Of a DNA stretch of 40,121 nucleotides, positions 19,603 through 32,901 are shown piece by piece. The notes under the pieces were generated by a model. That model made no database searches, had not been told where the DNA came from, and worked only from the letters and a program-made list of their open reading frames with translations. The stretch is from Actinomycetota bacterium (GTDB taxonomy: Bacteria > Actinomycetota > Rubrobacteria > Rubrobacterales > Rubrobacteraceae): contig JAIVIG010000278.1 of NCBI GenBank assembly GCA_020200675.1, positions 1 to 40,121 on the forward strand. The letters are read 5' to 3'. Numbering within the stretch: the stretch's first letter is position 1; every line of letters starts with the position of its first letter. A program made the position numbers and the translations under genes.

Positions 19603-20736
19603 TCAACAGGCCTTTCCGTCGCCCGCGCCGTTGGCGGCGAGTATCTGCACGAACTGCACGAGCACTTGCCGGTAGGTCTCCAGGGAATCGGCGACGACAA
19701 ACTCGCGTGGGCCGTGGTGCCCGCCTCCGATAGGACCGAACTCGACGCCGGGTACGCCGGCGCGTTGGAAGAAGACGATGTCGGAGGCGCCGTGACGCCC
19801 GACGCCGTCAGGGTTGCCGTGGAAGTGTCGTGCGGCGACCTCGCGGAGGGTCTTGACGAACGGGCTGTTTCTGGAGACGTAGGTCGGCTCGTGCGCGAAG
19901 AGCACCCGCGCCTCCGCAGGGAGGTTTATAGAGCGGATCTGGCGTGTGATCTCCTTGGGGTCCTGCTCGGGCAGGTAGCGGATGTCGAGGTCGTAGGTGC
20001 AGCGGTCCGGGACGCGGTTTATGACGTCGCCGCCGACGATCCGGGCCATGTTGATGCTCGGGTACGGGAAGAGCTCGCTCCTCTCTTTGGCGAACGGTAG
20101 CTCCTGTACGCGCTTGTAGTGCTCGTAAGCCAGAAGCACCGCGTTCTTGCCCAGCCAGGGCCTAGATCCGTGCGCGCTCTTGCCCCGCACGGTGACCCGG
20201 AGATCCAGGACCCCCTTCGCCTGCAAACCGATGTGAAAGTCCGTCGGCTCGCCGGTGATGAGGAAGTCGCCCGTGTGCCCGTTCTGGATGAGGACCTCCG
20301 CCCCCTTGGTCCCCCCGTGCTCCCTCTCCTCGTCCGGGACGATGAGAAGCTCCACCGTCGCGTCGCAGCCAGTAACGTGCAGGTCCTCGACCGCGTACAT
20401 CATCGCGGCCAGAGCGCCCTTCATGTCGTAGACGCCGCGGCCGAAGAGCTCGCCGTCTCGCTCTAGAGCCTCGAACTGCTCCTCGTCCCCGGGCACCACG
20501 TCCGCATGGCCGTGCAGCAGGATCCTGGGTTTCCCCGAACCGACCCGCACCACGAGCGAAGACATCTCGCCGTGCAGCCCCGCGCCCTTGTAACGCGCCG
20601 TCTCCAACCCCCGCGCCTCGAACCAGCCGCTGATGAAATCGATCGTGGACTCAGCCCCTCCAGGCGTGTACGACCGGTAACGGATCAGCCGCCGCGTGAG
20701 CCCGAGAACCTCGGTCCTGTTCGCCGCCAACGGCAC
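19603..20736 (-). CDS. M20 family metallopeptidase/deacylase (ArgE/DapE-like)
   Basis: HGHADVVP, GRGVYDMKG, PDEE, GEPT, GKSAHGSRPW, GHHGPRE. Confidence 0.88.
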   Translation of the reverse strand: MPLAANRTEVLGLTRRLIRYRSYTPGGAESTIDFISGWFEARGLETARYKGAGLHGEMSSLVVRVGSGKPRILLHGHADVVPGDEEQFEALERDGELFGRGVYDMKGALAAMMYAVEDLHVTGCDATVELLIVPDEEREHGGTKGAEVLIQNGHTGDFLITGEPTDFHIGLQAKGVLDLRVTVRGKSAHGSRPWLGKNAVLLAYEHYKRVQELPFAKERSELFPYPSINMARIVGGDVINRVPDRCTYDLDIRYLPEQDPKEITRQIRSINLPAEARVLFAHEPTYVSRNSPFVKTLREVAARHFHGNPDGVGRHGASDIVFFQRAGVPGVEFGPIGGGHHGPREFVVADSLETYRQVLVQFVQILAANGAGDGKAC

Positions 20737-20853
20737 ATACCACCAATCGTACCCGAATTAGTCTCTCGGCACTCCCGCTCGTTCCGCGGCAAACGGAAGC
20801 TACATCAGACTCACACTTCTTGTGGCCTGGAGGTAGGGGTTGGAGCTCGGAGG

Positions 20854-22140
20854 CTAGCGCTGCAAAGCGGGTTCGGACCCGAGGGCGACGGTGGCGCCCA
20901 GAGACGTCAGCTTCTCCTCGAAGCCTTCGTAGCCGCGCAGGATGTGCCTGGCGCCGTCGACGATCGTGGTGCCCTCGGCGACGAGGCCGGCCATGACGAG
21001 GGCCGCCCCGCCCCGCAGGTCCGGCGACTGGACGATGGTGCCGGAGAGCCGCTTGGGACCTTTGACGAGCGCCCGGTGGCCGCCGAAGAGGTCGATACCG
21101 GCGTCCAGGCGGTTCAGCTCCTCGGCGACCTGGAGGCGGTTCTCGTAGACGTTCTCGGTGATGATGCCGGCCCCGGAGGTCTGGGTGAGGAGGACCATCA
21201 TCTGGGCCTGAAGGTCGGTGGCGAAGCCGGGGAACGGGAGCGTCGCGACGTCCACGCTGCCGAGCGCGCCCGGGTCGTCCACCCGCACCCGGATGCCGCC
21301 CTCGACGTACGTCAGGTCTATGCCCATCTCGCGCAGCTTGGGGAGCTCCATCTTGAGGTGGTCCGGGTCCACTCCCTTGACGGTAACGTCGCCGCCGGTC
21401 GCGGCGGTCGCCATCAGGAAGGTGCCGGCCTCTACGCGGTCGCCCACCACGGAGTACTCGACGGGCGAGAGTTCGTCGACACCCTCGATGAGGATGCGGC
21501 CCGTGCCGGCGCCGTAGATGCTGGCGCCCATCAGGTTCAAAAAGTCCGCCAGGGCGACGACCTCGGGCTCGCGGGCGCCGTTCTCGATAATGGTCGTGCC
21601 CCGAGCCAGTACGGCGGCCATCATCACGTTCTCGGTCGCGGTGACGCTCGGGTACTCGAAGTTGATCTCCGCGCCCCGGAGGCCACGTGGGGCCGTGGCC
21701 TCGATGAAGCCGTGGTCCAACCCCACCTCCGCTCCCAACGCCCGCAGGCCGTCGAGGTGGAAGTTGAACTTCCTCAGACCCAAGTTGCACCCGCCCGGCG
21801 CCGAGACCTCGGCCTCCCCGAAACGGGCGACCAGCGGCCCGAGGACCACGATGCTCGCCCGCATCTGGCGCACGAGGTCGTACGGGGCCGTGTACGAATC
21901 GACGGTGGAGGCGTCGATGGAGAGGGTGTTGCCGGAGAACTCCGTCTTCGCGCCCAGACCGTCGAGGACGGCGAGCATCGTCTCCACGTCCTTTATGCGC
22001 GGAACGTTGTGGAGGACGGACCTGCCAGGAGCGAGTAGCGCAGCGGCGATCAGCTTCAGGGCCGCGTTCTTGCCACCGGAGACTTCCACCTCACCGTAGA
22101 GCCGGCTTCCTCCCTCGACGAAGAACCTCTCCATGACCAT
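20854..22140 (-). CDS. murA: UDP-N-acetylglucosamine 1-carboxyvinyltransferase
   Basis: SGGKNAAL, RQMRAS, PGGCNLG, SVTATEN, AREPE, PGFATDLQ, DLRGGAAL, RGYE. Confidence 0.96.
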   Translation of the reverse strand: MVMERFFVEGGSRLYGEVEVSGGKNAALKLIAAALLAPGRSVLHNVPRIKDVETMLAVLDGLGAKTEFSGNTLSIDASTVDSYTAPYDLVRQMRASIVVLGPLVARFGEAEVSAPGGCNLGLRKFNFHLDGLRALGAEVGLDHGFIEATAPRGLRGAEINFEYPSVTATENVMMAAVLARGTTIIENGAREPEVVALADFLNLMGASIYGAGTGRILIEGVDELSPVEYSVVGDRVEAGTFLMATAATGGDVTVKGVDPDHLKMELPKLREMGIDLTYVEGGIRVRVDDPGALGSVDVATLPFPGFATDLQAQMMVLLTQTSGAGIITENVYENRLQVAEELNRLDAGIDLFGGHRALVKGPKRLSGTIVQSPDLRGGAALVMAGLVAEGTTIVDGARHILRGYEGFEEKLTSLGATVALGSEPALQR

Positions 22141-22252
22141 CCTCCCACTGACGTACTTCTCGCTCGAACCGTCCGGACTCGTACCGGCGCATTATGCAAG
22201 ACGCACATTACAAAACGGCTACACCCGCGCAACACCTTCGCTACGCATAAGG

Positions 22253-22282
22253 AGGCCCGGGCCGCTCCCCCGGCCCGGGTCT
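22253..22282 (-). terminator. GC-rich hairpin downstream of atpC
   Basis: aggcccgggccg-ctcccc-cggcccgggtct, 15 nt after the atpC stop. Weak U-tract. Confidence 0.5.
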
Positions 22283-22296
22283 AACCTCCTACGGTC

Positions 22297-22751
22297 CTAT
22301 CCTTCGCCGTACTCGCGGGCGACGCGCACGAGATTCTCCGCAACCTGGCGGCGGCGTTCGATGTCGGCTCGTTGCCTCTCGCTATCCTCTTCGTCTTCGG
22401 AGAGCTCCGAGAGCTCGTTCTCGGCGTTCTCCACACGGCTCTCGGCCTCCTCGACATCTATCTCGTCGGGGGCAGCCGCCTCTTCGACCAGGATCTGCAC
22501 CAGGTTCTCGGAGACCTTGAAGAAGCCGTCGGAGGTTGCAAAGACGTACTTTTCGTCGTCCTGGTAAATCCTGACTTCCCTGGGCTCGACCGTGGAGACG
22601 ACTGGCGCGTGGTCCCTCTTGACCCCGATGTCACCATCGGCGATCCTCGCGACCACCAGGTCCGCCTCGCCATCGTAGATCACCTTCTCCGGCGTGATGA
22701 CCCGGCAGAAGAGCTGGCGCCCCTCTTGCTGCTGGTTCCCTTCCTCGGACA

Positions 22752-22752
<1 letters not shown>
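22297..22752 (-). CDS. atpC: ATP synthase epsilon subunit
   Basis: VITPEKVIYDGEA, GDIGVKRDHAP, SDGFFKVSEN, DEIDVEEA. Confidence 0.93.
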
Positions 22753-25095
<2,343 letters not shown>

Positions 25096-25097
25096 CC

Positions 25098-26660
25098 CTA
25101 GCCCTCCTCTTCCTCTTCGCCCTCTTCCTCTTCGTCCTCTCCCGTGCCTCCGACCTCGACCACGCCGCCGCTCTCGGGCTCGTAGCCCTCGTTGAAGTTC
25201 TCGATCGCTTCCCTGAGCGCCTCTTCGTCCTCGTCGGAGAACTCTTGCGTCTCCCGGATGTTATTGAGGAGATCCTCGTGGCTGTTCTTGAGGTGTTCCC
25301 GAAACTGGCGCTGCCAGTCGACGACGTTGTCCGCGTCGATGTCGTCGAGTAGGCCGTTGGTGACCGCGAAGATCAGGCAGACCTGCTCTTCGACCGGTAT
25401 GACGTCGTGCTCGTCCTGCTGCAGCATGTTCATGGTCCGCTCGCCGCGGGCCAAAGTCTGCTGGGTGGCCTCGTCCAGATCGCTCCCGAACTGAGCGAAG
25501 CTCTGGAGCTCGAAGTACTGGGCCAGATCCAGCCTGAGCGTACCGGTAACGTCGTCCATGGCATCGATCATGGCATCGCCGCCCACCCGGCTAACGGAGT
25601 TGCCGACGTCGATGGGCGGCCGCTGGCCCGAGTTGAACATATCCGAGTCGAGGAAGATCTGGCCATCCGTGATCGAGATGAGGTTCGTCGGGATGTACGA
25701 CGAGATGTCCCCCTCCTTGGTTTCGCCGATCGGTAGCGCGGTCAAGGAACCGCCGCCGTGCTCGTCGTTCATCCGGGCCGCCCGCTCCAGGAGGCGCGAG
25801 TGCAGATAGAAGATGTCCCCCGGAAACGCCTCGCGTCCCGGCGGACGCCGCAACAGAAGCATCAACTGCCGGTAGGCATTGGCGTGCTTAGAGAGGTCGT
25901 CGTAGATGATCAGCGCGTCCTCGCCCTGCTCCATGAAGTACTCGCCGATGGCGGTCCCCGCATAGGGCGCGAGGTAGTGGAACGTCGCCTCCTCATGGGC
26001 GGGCGCGTTGACGACAACCGTGTAGTCCAACGCCCCGTGCTCCTCGAGCGTGCTCACAACCCCCGCCACGGTAGAGTCCTTCTGGGCGATGGCGACGTAG
26101 ATGCATTTCACGTTCTGGTCGCGCTGGTTGATTATGGTGTCCACGGCCAGTGTAGTCTTGCCGGTCTTGCGGTCGCCCAGGATCAGCTCGCGCTGGCCAC
26201 GCCCGATTGGGACCATCGCATCTATGGCCTTGATGCCGGTCTGCAAGGGCGTGTCGACGTCCTGACGGTGCATGACCGACGGCGCTACCTCTTCGACGGG
26301 GCGAGTCTCCTCGTACTCGATCTGTCCCTTGTCGTCCATCGGCTCCCCGACGGCGTTAATGACCCGACCCAGCACGGCGTTACCTACCGGGACGCTCATG
26401 AGATGTCCCGTGCGCCGGACGGTGCTCCCCTCTCGTATCCACCTGTCGTTACCCATGATGATAACGCCGACGTTGTCCTCTTCGAGGCTCATGGCGAGGC
26501 CCATGGTCGTCTCGCCACGGTCGTCCTCGAACTCGAGCATCTCCTGGTACATCGCGTTCGCCAGGCCATGCACCTGCGCGATCCCGTCCCCAACCTGCAA
26601 AACCTGTCCGACCTCCTCGGTACGGGCCCGGTTCTCGTAGTCAGTGATGGCACCCTTCAA
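25098..26660 (-). CDS. atpA: ATP synthase alpha subunit, native 5' end deleted
   Basis: [41 protein letters not shown]. Homology starts at LKGAITDY, at the atpH junction. Confidence 0.93.
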   Translation of the reverse strand: MKGAITDYENRARTEEVGQVLQVGDGIAQVHGLANAMYQEMLEFEDDRGETTMGLAMSLEEDNVGVIIMGNDRWIREGSTVRRTGHLMSVPVGNAVLGRVINAVGEPMDDKGQIEYEETRPVEEVAPSVMHRQDVDTPLQTGIKAIDAMVPIGRGQRELILGDRKTGKTTLAVDTIINQRDQNVKCIYVAIAQKDSTVAGVVSTLEEHGALDYTVVVNAPAHEEATFHYLAPYAGTAIGEYFMEQGEDALIIYDDLSKHANAYRQLMLLLRRPPGREAFPGDIFYLHSRLLERAARMNDEHGGGSLTALPIGETKEGDISSYIPTNLISITDGQIFLDSDMFNSGQRPPIDVGNSVSRVGGDAMIDAMDDVTGTLRLDLAQYFELQSFAQFGSDLDEATQQTLARGERTMNMLQQDEHDVIPVEEQVCLIFAVTNGLLDDIDADNVVDWQRQFREHLKNSHEDLLNNIRETQEFSDEDEEALREAIENFNEGYEPESGGVVEVGGTGEDEEEEGEEEEEG

Positions 26661-27024
26661 ACCGGTCGAGCATCTCGTCGGAAAGCTCCACCGCCGTAGT
26701 AAGCTCGACCTCCACTTTCCCCTGGTACTCCTCGACGAGATCTTCGTAGCGCGGTACCACATCCTCGAAGATCTCCGTGCGGCCATTGTCTATAAGGATC
26801 TTGAGGAAGTTCCTCGTCGAGGTGGTCATCTCTTCTGTCAGGGCGTCTATGGCCCGCCGCTTCTGCGACTCGGGGATGTGGGTCCCGTAGAAGAACTCCC
26901 TGAGTTCATCGCTCTCGTGGAGAACGCCCAAGAACTCTTTGAGGTTCTCCAGGGTCTCTTCGATCTCTTCGCGCTCGCGGGCGGCTTCGAAAAGTGCCTG
27001 AGCGTAGGTGGATACCGCGCTCAA
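26641..27024 (-). pseudogene. atpH: ATP synthase delta subunit, 3' part deleted
   Basis: [32 protein letters not shown], then runs out of frame into atpA. The C-terminal DP.LIGG..DGS segment is absent. Confidence 0.88.
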
Positions 27025-27027
27025 ACG

Positions 27028-27564
27028 CTACCTGCCGTCCCCGGCGCCCGCCCCGGCAACCTCGGTCTCGAGCTCGTCGAGGGCCTCGGAGATTAGTCGC
27101 TCGTGCTCGTCGTGGTCTATCGAGCGGCCCAGGATCTGCTCGGAGGCCTGTATGACCATGCCGGCAACCTCCTGGCGCACCTCGCGCAGGGCCGACTCCC
27201 GCTCGCGCTGTATCTCCTCGCGGGCCCTTTGTACGATCCGGTCGCTCTCCTCGCGGGCCTCCTTCTTGGCCCGCTCGCGCTGCTGATCGCCCTCCCTGCG
27301 GGCCTCCTCACGGATCTCACGCGCCTCTTCGCGGGCTTCCCGGATCTGCTGGCGGTACTCCTCCAGGAGTTCGCGGGCCTCACTTCTGGTCTGCTCCGCC
27401 TCGTCTATGGCCTGCTCGATGGACTGCTGGCGCTGCTGGATCTGGTCCCGTATCGGAGGGAAGACGAAGTACCAGAGCAGGAAGAGCAGGATCAGGAAGG
27501 TTATGATCTCCCAAAAGATCAGGCTCGTGTTCGGCAGGTCGAAAATACCTGTTGGGTCAAGCAT
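27028..27564 (-). CDS. atpF: ATP synthase b subunit
   Basis: N-terminal TM (FWEIITFLILLFLLWYFVFPPI) followed by a charged coiled coil. Confidence 0.93.
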   Translation of the reverse strand: MLDPTGIFDLPNTSLIFWEIITFLILLFLLWYFVFPPIRDQIQQRQQSIEQAIDEAEQTRSEARELLEEYRQQIREAREEAREIREEARREGDQQRERAKKEAREESDRIVQRAREEIQRERESALREVRQEVAGMVIQASEQILGRSIDHDEHERLISEALDELETEVAGAGAGDGR

Positions 27565-27598
27565 ACGCTTTCCTCTTCTTCTCTAGCCTTCTCTGCCT

Positions 27599-27871
27599 TT
27601 AAAGGACGAAGGCGATGAGTAGGGCGAAGACTATGCCGTAGAGGGCGAACGCCTCGACGAGTCCGATGCCGAGGAACATCAGCGTCCTCGTCTGGTCGAA
27701 CTGCTCCGGCTGGCGGTGGATGCTCGCGATGGTCTGGCCGATCAGGTACCCCATACCCGCGCCCGGTCCGATTACCGCCGTACCGGCGGCGATGCCTACC
27801 CCTATGAGTTTCTGCTCCTGCTGGAATAGAGCCAGCACGACGCCCAACGCCTCAATCGCTGCCATCAACAT
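27599..27871 (-). CDS. atpE: ATP synthase c subunit, H+-type signature
   Basis: GPGAGMG, RQPE loop, GLVEAFALY. Lacks the Q..E-S/T Na+ signature. Confidence 0.93.
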   Translation of the reverse strand: MLMAAIEALGVVLALFQQEQKLIGVGIAAGTAVIGPGAGMGYLIGQTIASIHRQPEQFDQTRTLMFLGIGLVEAFALYGIVFALLIAFVL

Positions 27872-27942
27872 CTTTACAGCTCCTTTCTCATACTCTGCCT
27901 CCGCTAACTTTCTCCGCGAGCGTTTGCTCGCGCCTTTGCTGC

Positions 27943-28574
27943 TTAGTGATCCTCCCCCGCGTTCATCGCCAACTCTATATGTTGGCGTAGAGCCGCATCC
28001 CGAGCGTCAAGGGCTGGGTGACGAACTGCTGCAAAGCTTCGATGAAGAACATGAACGGAACCATGATCGGCTTGGCCGGCATGCCGGGCGGCACGAAGCT
28101 CTTCAGGTAGGTCCCGAGGCCGTTGCGCCTGATGCCCACGAAGTTGTAGATAAGGAGCGTAAAAATAGCCAACCCGAGGGTGAACGAGATGTTGCTCGTC
28201 ACCGGATACGAACCCGGGATAAGACCTATGAGGTTCAGCACCAGAATGAACACGAAGAGGGAGAGCGTGTAGGGGAGGAACTTCATCCCCTCCTCACCCA
28301 TCTGTCCGGCGAGTTGTTTGCGCCCGAAACCGTAGAGTTCCTCCACGATCACCTGGTACGCGCCTGGCCGATCCTTGAGCAGCCTGCTGCCGATGAACAA
28401 GATCAGGAACGTCACCGCCGCCCCGATAAACAAGAACCACACGGCCTTGTTTATGGAGATGTCCACCGGCCCAATATGAATAGGGATGTCCCACTCCCTG
28501 GCGCTCTCCCAGGTGTGCAGGATCTCTTTCTGAAGCTCTTCCTGGCTGACCTGCGCCAGTGCCAGCATACTCAT
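27943..28574 (-). pseudogene. atpB: ATP synthase a subunit, frameshifted by a 3' internal deletion at ~27975-27980
   Basis: LNLIGLIP..PVTSNI..TLGMRLYANI then stop. The apparent true C-terminus IELAMNAGEDH* follows directly in another frame. Confidence 0.88.
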
Positions 28575-28581
28575 GAAGCTC

Positions 28582-28992
28582 CTACCCGCCTCTCACTCTC
28601 TGGCCCGCCGGACGTCCGGCGTCGCTCTTCATTATTAACACCCTCGGCAATAACACTACGTTCTCCGCCAGGTACGCTCCGGCGAAGCCGACCAGCATGA
28701 TGACCACCGGCCAGAGACCCCAGTATGCTGGTACCCCCAGACCGATCGCCACAAACCCGTATCGCGCCACGAAAGAGCCCACCCCGACCAGCCGCCAGAA
28801 GTGGGAGCGCCTCGTCAGCAACGACACAGTAAGCGCCGTCGAGACGAAGCTTACCATCCCCACGGCAACACCATAAACAAAGGCCAGGGCGTAAGCCCCG
28901 TCGAAGAGAAGCCAGATCACCGCCCCCGTCAGAGCCGCCCCCGCGGACACCCATGCCGCGTACCGGAAGGCCAGCCGCCAGTGCTCGCTCAT
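28582..28992 (-). CDS. atpI: ATP synthase protein I (4-TM)
   Basis: Hydrophobic 136-aa ORF directly upstream of atpB. Confidence 0.7.
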   Translation of the reverse strand: MSEHWRLAFRYAAWVSAGAALTGAVIWLLFDGAYALAFVYGVAVGMVSFVSTALTVSLLTRRSHFWRLVGVGSFVARYGFVAIGLGVPAYWGLWPVVIMLVGFAGAYLAENVVLLPRVLIMKSDAGRPAGQRVRGG

Positions 28993-29216
28993 CCACCGTC
29001 CAGGTTCTGAAGGGCCACGTACATGTAATATAAGCCTCCGGCGAACCCGACTCCCAGACCAACTAGAAGGAAGAGCGGAAGCGTCCCGAGCAACCTATCT
29101 ACGAAGAAACCGGCCACGGTGAGGATGCCGAGGATTAGGACGAAAGTGAACCCGAGAATAATGAAACGGGCGTAGTCGTTTCTCACGTTATTCCCGTAAA
29201 AAGCGCTGTTTGGCAT
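28989..29216 (-). CDS. atpZ: AtpZ/AtpI family small membrane protein
   Basis: GFFVDRLLGTLPLFLLVGLGVGFAGG motif. First gene of the atp operon. Confidence 0.8.
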   Translation of the reverse strand: MPNSAFYGNNVRNDYARFIILGFTFVLILGILTVAGFFVDRLLGTLPLFLLVGLGVGFAGGLYYMYVALQNLDGG

Positions 29217-29223
29217 CGCTTAA

Positions 29224-29232
29224 AATATACCA
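29224..29232 (-). promoter_or_regulatory. Putative extended -10 (TGGTATATT) of the atp operon
   Basis: AT-rich gap just upstream of atpZ. Confidence 0.4.
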
Positions 29233-29282
29233 TATCGCGCAGGCGAAATGTTGCGTACGGTTTCAAACTTTCGCCACCTGGA

Positions 29283-29792
29283 TCAATGTCGTTCGTCTTT
29301 CTCGGTGGCGAGTTGGACCATTCCGAGTCCCCCTTCGGCGGCGAGCTCCACGGCGAGCGGGTCAGGGTAGCCGCCGGTGTAGCGAACCTCCTCGATCCCG
29401 GCGTTCATGATCATCTTCACGCACAACAGGCAAGGCTGGTGGGTGCAGTAGAGGACGGAGTCGCGCACGGACACCCCGTGGTAGGCGGCCTGAATAATAG
29501 CGTTCTGCTCGGCGTGGAGCGTGCGCTGGCAGCTCTCCCGACCGTCCACGACCCTTATGAGGCACCCCACGTCCTCGCAGTGCGGCATCCCGGAAGGACT
29601 CCCGTTGTAGCCGGTCGTGAGTATTCTCTTGTCCCGCACGACCACGGCCCCTACGGCCAACCTGGGACAGGTCGAGCGGGTGGCGACCTCGTGGGCGATG
29701 CGCATGAAGTACTCGTCCCACGAAGGACGCGCCTTCTTGAGCGCGGCGTGCTGCCCCGAGGTCTCGATCGAGGGGTCCTTAAAGCGTTCCAT
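29283..29792 (-). CDS. dCMP deaminase (ComEB-like)
   Basis: RPSWDEYFM, RSTC, GYNG, HAEQNA, PCLLC. Confidence 0.92.
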   Translation of the reverse strand: MERFKDPSIETSGQHAALKKARPSWDEYFMRIAHEVATRSTCPRLAVGAVVVRDKRILTTGYNGSPSGMPHCEDVGCLIRVVDGRESCQRTLHAEQNAIIQAAYHGVSVRDSVLYCTHQPCLLCVKMIMNAGIEEVRYTGGYPDPLAVELAAEGGLGMVQLATEKDERH

Positions 29793-30414
29793 ACAGCCTG
29801 TCCCCCGCGTCACCGAGGCCCGGCACGATGAATGCCCGTTCGTCGAGCTCCGGGTCGACGGCGGCGGTGTAGAAGCTCGCGTCGGGGTGCTCTCCGGTCA
29901 CCCGCTCGACGCCGGGCGCGGCGGCGACGGCGTGCACGCAGGAGATCCAACGCGCCCCGTACTCCTTTAGCTTGCCCAAGGTCGCGGAGAGACTCCCCCC
30001 GGTCGCGAGCATCGGGTCGAGGACGAGGACGAGGTACTCCTCCAGGTTGCGGGGTAGGTTGACGTAGTACTCGACCGGCTCGGCGGTCTCCTCGTCCCGC
30101 TGCAGGCCCATGAAGCCGACCGTCGCGTCGGGCAGCAGGGCGAGGGCGCCTTCGAGCATCCCGAGGCCGGCCCGCAGGACCGGCACCAGGCAGACGGGGC
30201 CGGCGATCTCCTCCACCTCCGTCTCCGCGAGCGGCGTCCTGACGCGCACGGTGTTGGTGGGCATCGAGTGGGTCGCCTCGGCGACCACGATGAGGGCGAG
30301 CTCCTTCATTGCCTGCCTGAACTCCGGCGTGCGGGTGTTCTCGTCGCGCAAGACCTTGAGCTTCTGGCGGGCGAGCGGCCCGTCCACGACGTGCAGGTTC
30401 TTCGCCTCAAGCAT
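29779..30414 (-). CDS. upp: Uracil phosphoribosyltransferase
   Basis: [35 protein letters not shown]. Confidence 0.96.
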   Translation of the reverse strand: MLEAKNLHVVDGPLARQKLKVLRDENTRTPEFRQAMKELALIVVAEATHSMPTNTVRVRTPLAETEVEEIAGPVCLVPVLRAGLGMLEGALALLPDATVGFMGLQRDEETAEPVEYYVNLPRNLEEYLVLVLDPMLATGGSLSATLGKLKEYGARWISCVHAVAAAPGVERVTGEHPDASFYTAAVDPELDERAFIVPGLGDAGDRLYGTL

Positions 30415-31627
30415 AGAGCGGGAAGGCCTCCGTCAGGGCGGCGACCCTGGCGCTTAAACCGTCCGTCTCGCCGCGCACGGCCCCGACGATTATCTCGGAG
30501 ATCTCGCGCATCTCCTCCTCGCCCATCCCGCGCGTGGTCATCGCCGCCGTCCCGAGCCGGACGCCGCTGGTTACGGTCGGGGGCTCGGGGTCGTTGGGGA
30601 TCATGTTCTTGTTGCACGTCACGCCCACGCGGTCCAGGAGCTCCTCGAGCTCCTTGCCGTTGATGCCCGTGCCGCGCAGGTCAACGAGCATCAGGTGGTT
30701 GTCCGTCCCGCCGGAGACGAGATTTATCCCACCCTCCATAAGCCCCTCCGCCATAGCCCGACAGTTGTCCACGACCCTGCGGGCGTAGTCCTTGAACTCG
30801 GGCTGCAGGGCCTCCCCGAAGGCGACCGCCTTGCCCGCGATGGCGTGCATGAGAGGACCACCCTGCATGCCCGGGAAGACGCGGCTGTTGACCTTCTTGG
30901 CGAACTCCTCGCGGCACAGGATCATGCCGCCGCGCGCCCCCCTCAGGGTCTTGTGGGTCGTGGTGGTGACGATCTCGCAGTAGGGTACCGGGGAGGGATG
31001 GACGTCCGCGGCGACGAGCCCGGCGATGTGAGCCATGTCGGTCAGGAAAAACGCCCCGACCTCGTCGGCGATCTCGCGAAACCTGTCGAAGTGGAAGACG
31101 CGCGGATAGGCGCTCGCACCGGCGATGATCATGCGCGGCCTCTCCCGCAAGGCGATCTCGCGCACCTCATCATGGTCGATGTATCCGTCCTCGCCGACCC
31201 CGTAGTGGGCGAAGTCGTACGTCCGGCCCGAGAAGTTGATCCTCATCCCGTGCGTGAGGTGCCCGCCGTGCGCGAGGTCCATCGACAAGACCTTGTCCCC
31301 CGGCTCGATGAGAGCCGCGTAAGCCGCCTCGTTCGCCTGGCTCCCCGAGTGCGGCTGCACGTTCACGTGCTCCGCCCCGAAGATCTCCTTCGCCCGCTCG
31401 ATGGCCAGAACCTCGACCTTGTCGACCTGCTCGCAGCCCCCGTAGTACCTCTTCCCCGGGTAGCCCTCCGCGTACTTGTTCGTCAATACCGAACCCTGCG
31501 CCGCCAACACCGCCGGCGACGCGAAGTTCTCGCTGGCGATCAACTCGATCGTCGCCCGCTGGCGCTCCAACTCCCCATCGAGCGCCGCCTGAACTTCAGA
31601 ATCAACCTCGGTGTACGGACCTATCAC
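30407..31627 (-). CDS. glyA: Serine hydroxymethyltransferase
   Basis: [44 protein letters not shown]. Confidence 0.97.
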   Translation of the reverse strand: MIGPYTEVDSEVQAALDGELERQRATIELIASENFASPAVLAAQGSVLTNKYAEGYPGKRYYGGCEQVDKVEVLAIERAKEIFGAEHVNVQPHSGSQANEAAYAALIEPGDKVLSMDLAHGGHLTHGMRINFSGRTYDFAHYGVGEDGYIDHDEVREIALRERPRMIIAGASAYPRVFHFDRFREIADEVGAFFLTDMAHIAGLVAADVHPSPVPYCEIVTTTTHKTLRGARGGMILCREEFAKKVNSRVFPGMQGGPLMHAIAGKAVAFGEALQPEFKDYARRVVDNCRAMAEGLMEGGINLVSGGTDNHLMLVDLRGTGINGKELEELLDRVGVTCNKNMIPNDPEPPTVTSGVRLGTAAMTTRGMGEEEMREISEIIVGAVRGETDGLSARVAALTEAFPLYA

Positions 31628-32033
31628 CTTTTACCTCCCATTCAGGTTTAGCATAGAGTGTAAACGAAGCGGAATACCGTCGTGAGTATACCCGTAACCT
31701 CGCCGTCCCCGGTACACGACCGTGCTCCGTACGAGGTGGAAATTTCGCGCTTCGAAGCCTCCCGACACTTGCGTGCTCGTACGCGGAGTATAAACGCTAC
31801 CCGGGGCGCCCTCAAACGCGCCATGAGGTGGTTCGCGGCCGGTGAGGCTTCGGCCATACAGCGCGGGCTTGGGGAGCTGAATCTCCCGACGACCTGGAGG
31901 CGGCTCGTAGCTCGAGAAAAGCGCCGTCCCTTCAGGACATTCACGGCGAGGATTACGTGCGCTAACGACGTCACGAAGATCAGGCTGTAAACTTGCGTGG
32001 CGGGGAAAAGAGGTTGCGGAGGCTTGCATAGAG

Positions 32034-32691
32034 TTGGTAAAGGGTCCGACGGAACAGAGGGTGCTCCTCCGGAATGTCAGCTGGGAGACCTACGAGCGTC
32101 TGATCTCCGAGCGCGAGGAGCGTCCGGTGCCGCGCTTCTTCTACGACCGGGGTGTGTTGGAGATCGTGAGCCCGTCCAAAGGCCACGAGTCGATAAGCTG
32201 CGTCGTCGCTCTGCTGGTCGAGGAGCTGGCGGTGGAGTTGGACGTTGACGTAGAGGGCGCCGGTTCCACGACGTTCAAGCGCGAGGATCTCGCGCGCGGC
32301 TTCGAGCCCGACGAGTGCTTCTACTTCCAGGATATCGAGCATGTACGGGGTAAGAAGGACATAGATCTCGACGCGGGAGACCCGCCGCCCGACCTGGTCT
32401 TCGAAGTGGACGTCACGAACCCCTCCCTGGACAAGCTGCCGATCTTCGCGCAGGTAGGCGTCGCGGAGATTTGGCGCTACTCTGGCGGTCGGATGGAGAT
32501 GTTCGGGCTGCGTGGCGAGGAGCTCCGCTACGAGGAGATCGCTGAGAGCATTCGTCCTGCCTCCCCTGACGAGCGACGTACTCGCGCGCTTCGTCAAGGA
32601 GGGCCTGAAGACGAGGCGCCCGGCCTGGGTACGCAGGGTACGCGAATGGGCGCGGAGCCGGGAGATTCGGCCTCAGCCCGACGGCGGTTAG
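32034..32691 (+). pseudogene. Uma2 family (PD-(D/E)XK) protein with a 1-nt frameshift at ~32551
   Basis: VSWETYERL, LEIVSPSKGHE, GSTTFKR, EPDECFY, PPPDLVFEVD, GVAEIWRY. A natural-looking C-terminus VLPPLTSDVLARFVKEGL..WVRRVREWA lies in the +1 frame, stop 32691. Confidence 0.85.
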
Positions 32692-32901
32692 CGCACCCCG
32701 AGGATCTGCCCGTGTCTGCGATGGTTAGCTGTACCCCACCCCAACCGTCGTTAGTGGCTCGCTTGTCGTGGGGATAGCCTTTCGGGAGGATTCGACGCTT
32801 ATGCCTGAATCGCGTAGGAAGCGAAGAACCCTACCGGCAAAGGCTGCGTTAGTGTCGAATGGCTTGCCAGTCTGTGGACCAGGCCCAAACTACTCCACAG
32901 C

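Noticed and set aside
27599-27871. Na+-translocating or N-type ATPase
   Set aside because: The c subunit lacks the Na+ signature and the gene order is the standard F-type.
31628-32030. ZTP or glycine riboswitch upstream of glyA, and the short ORFs there
   Set aside because: No recognisable aptamer consensus by eye, and the ORFs have no motifs. An Rfam scan would settle it.
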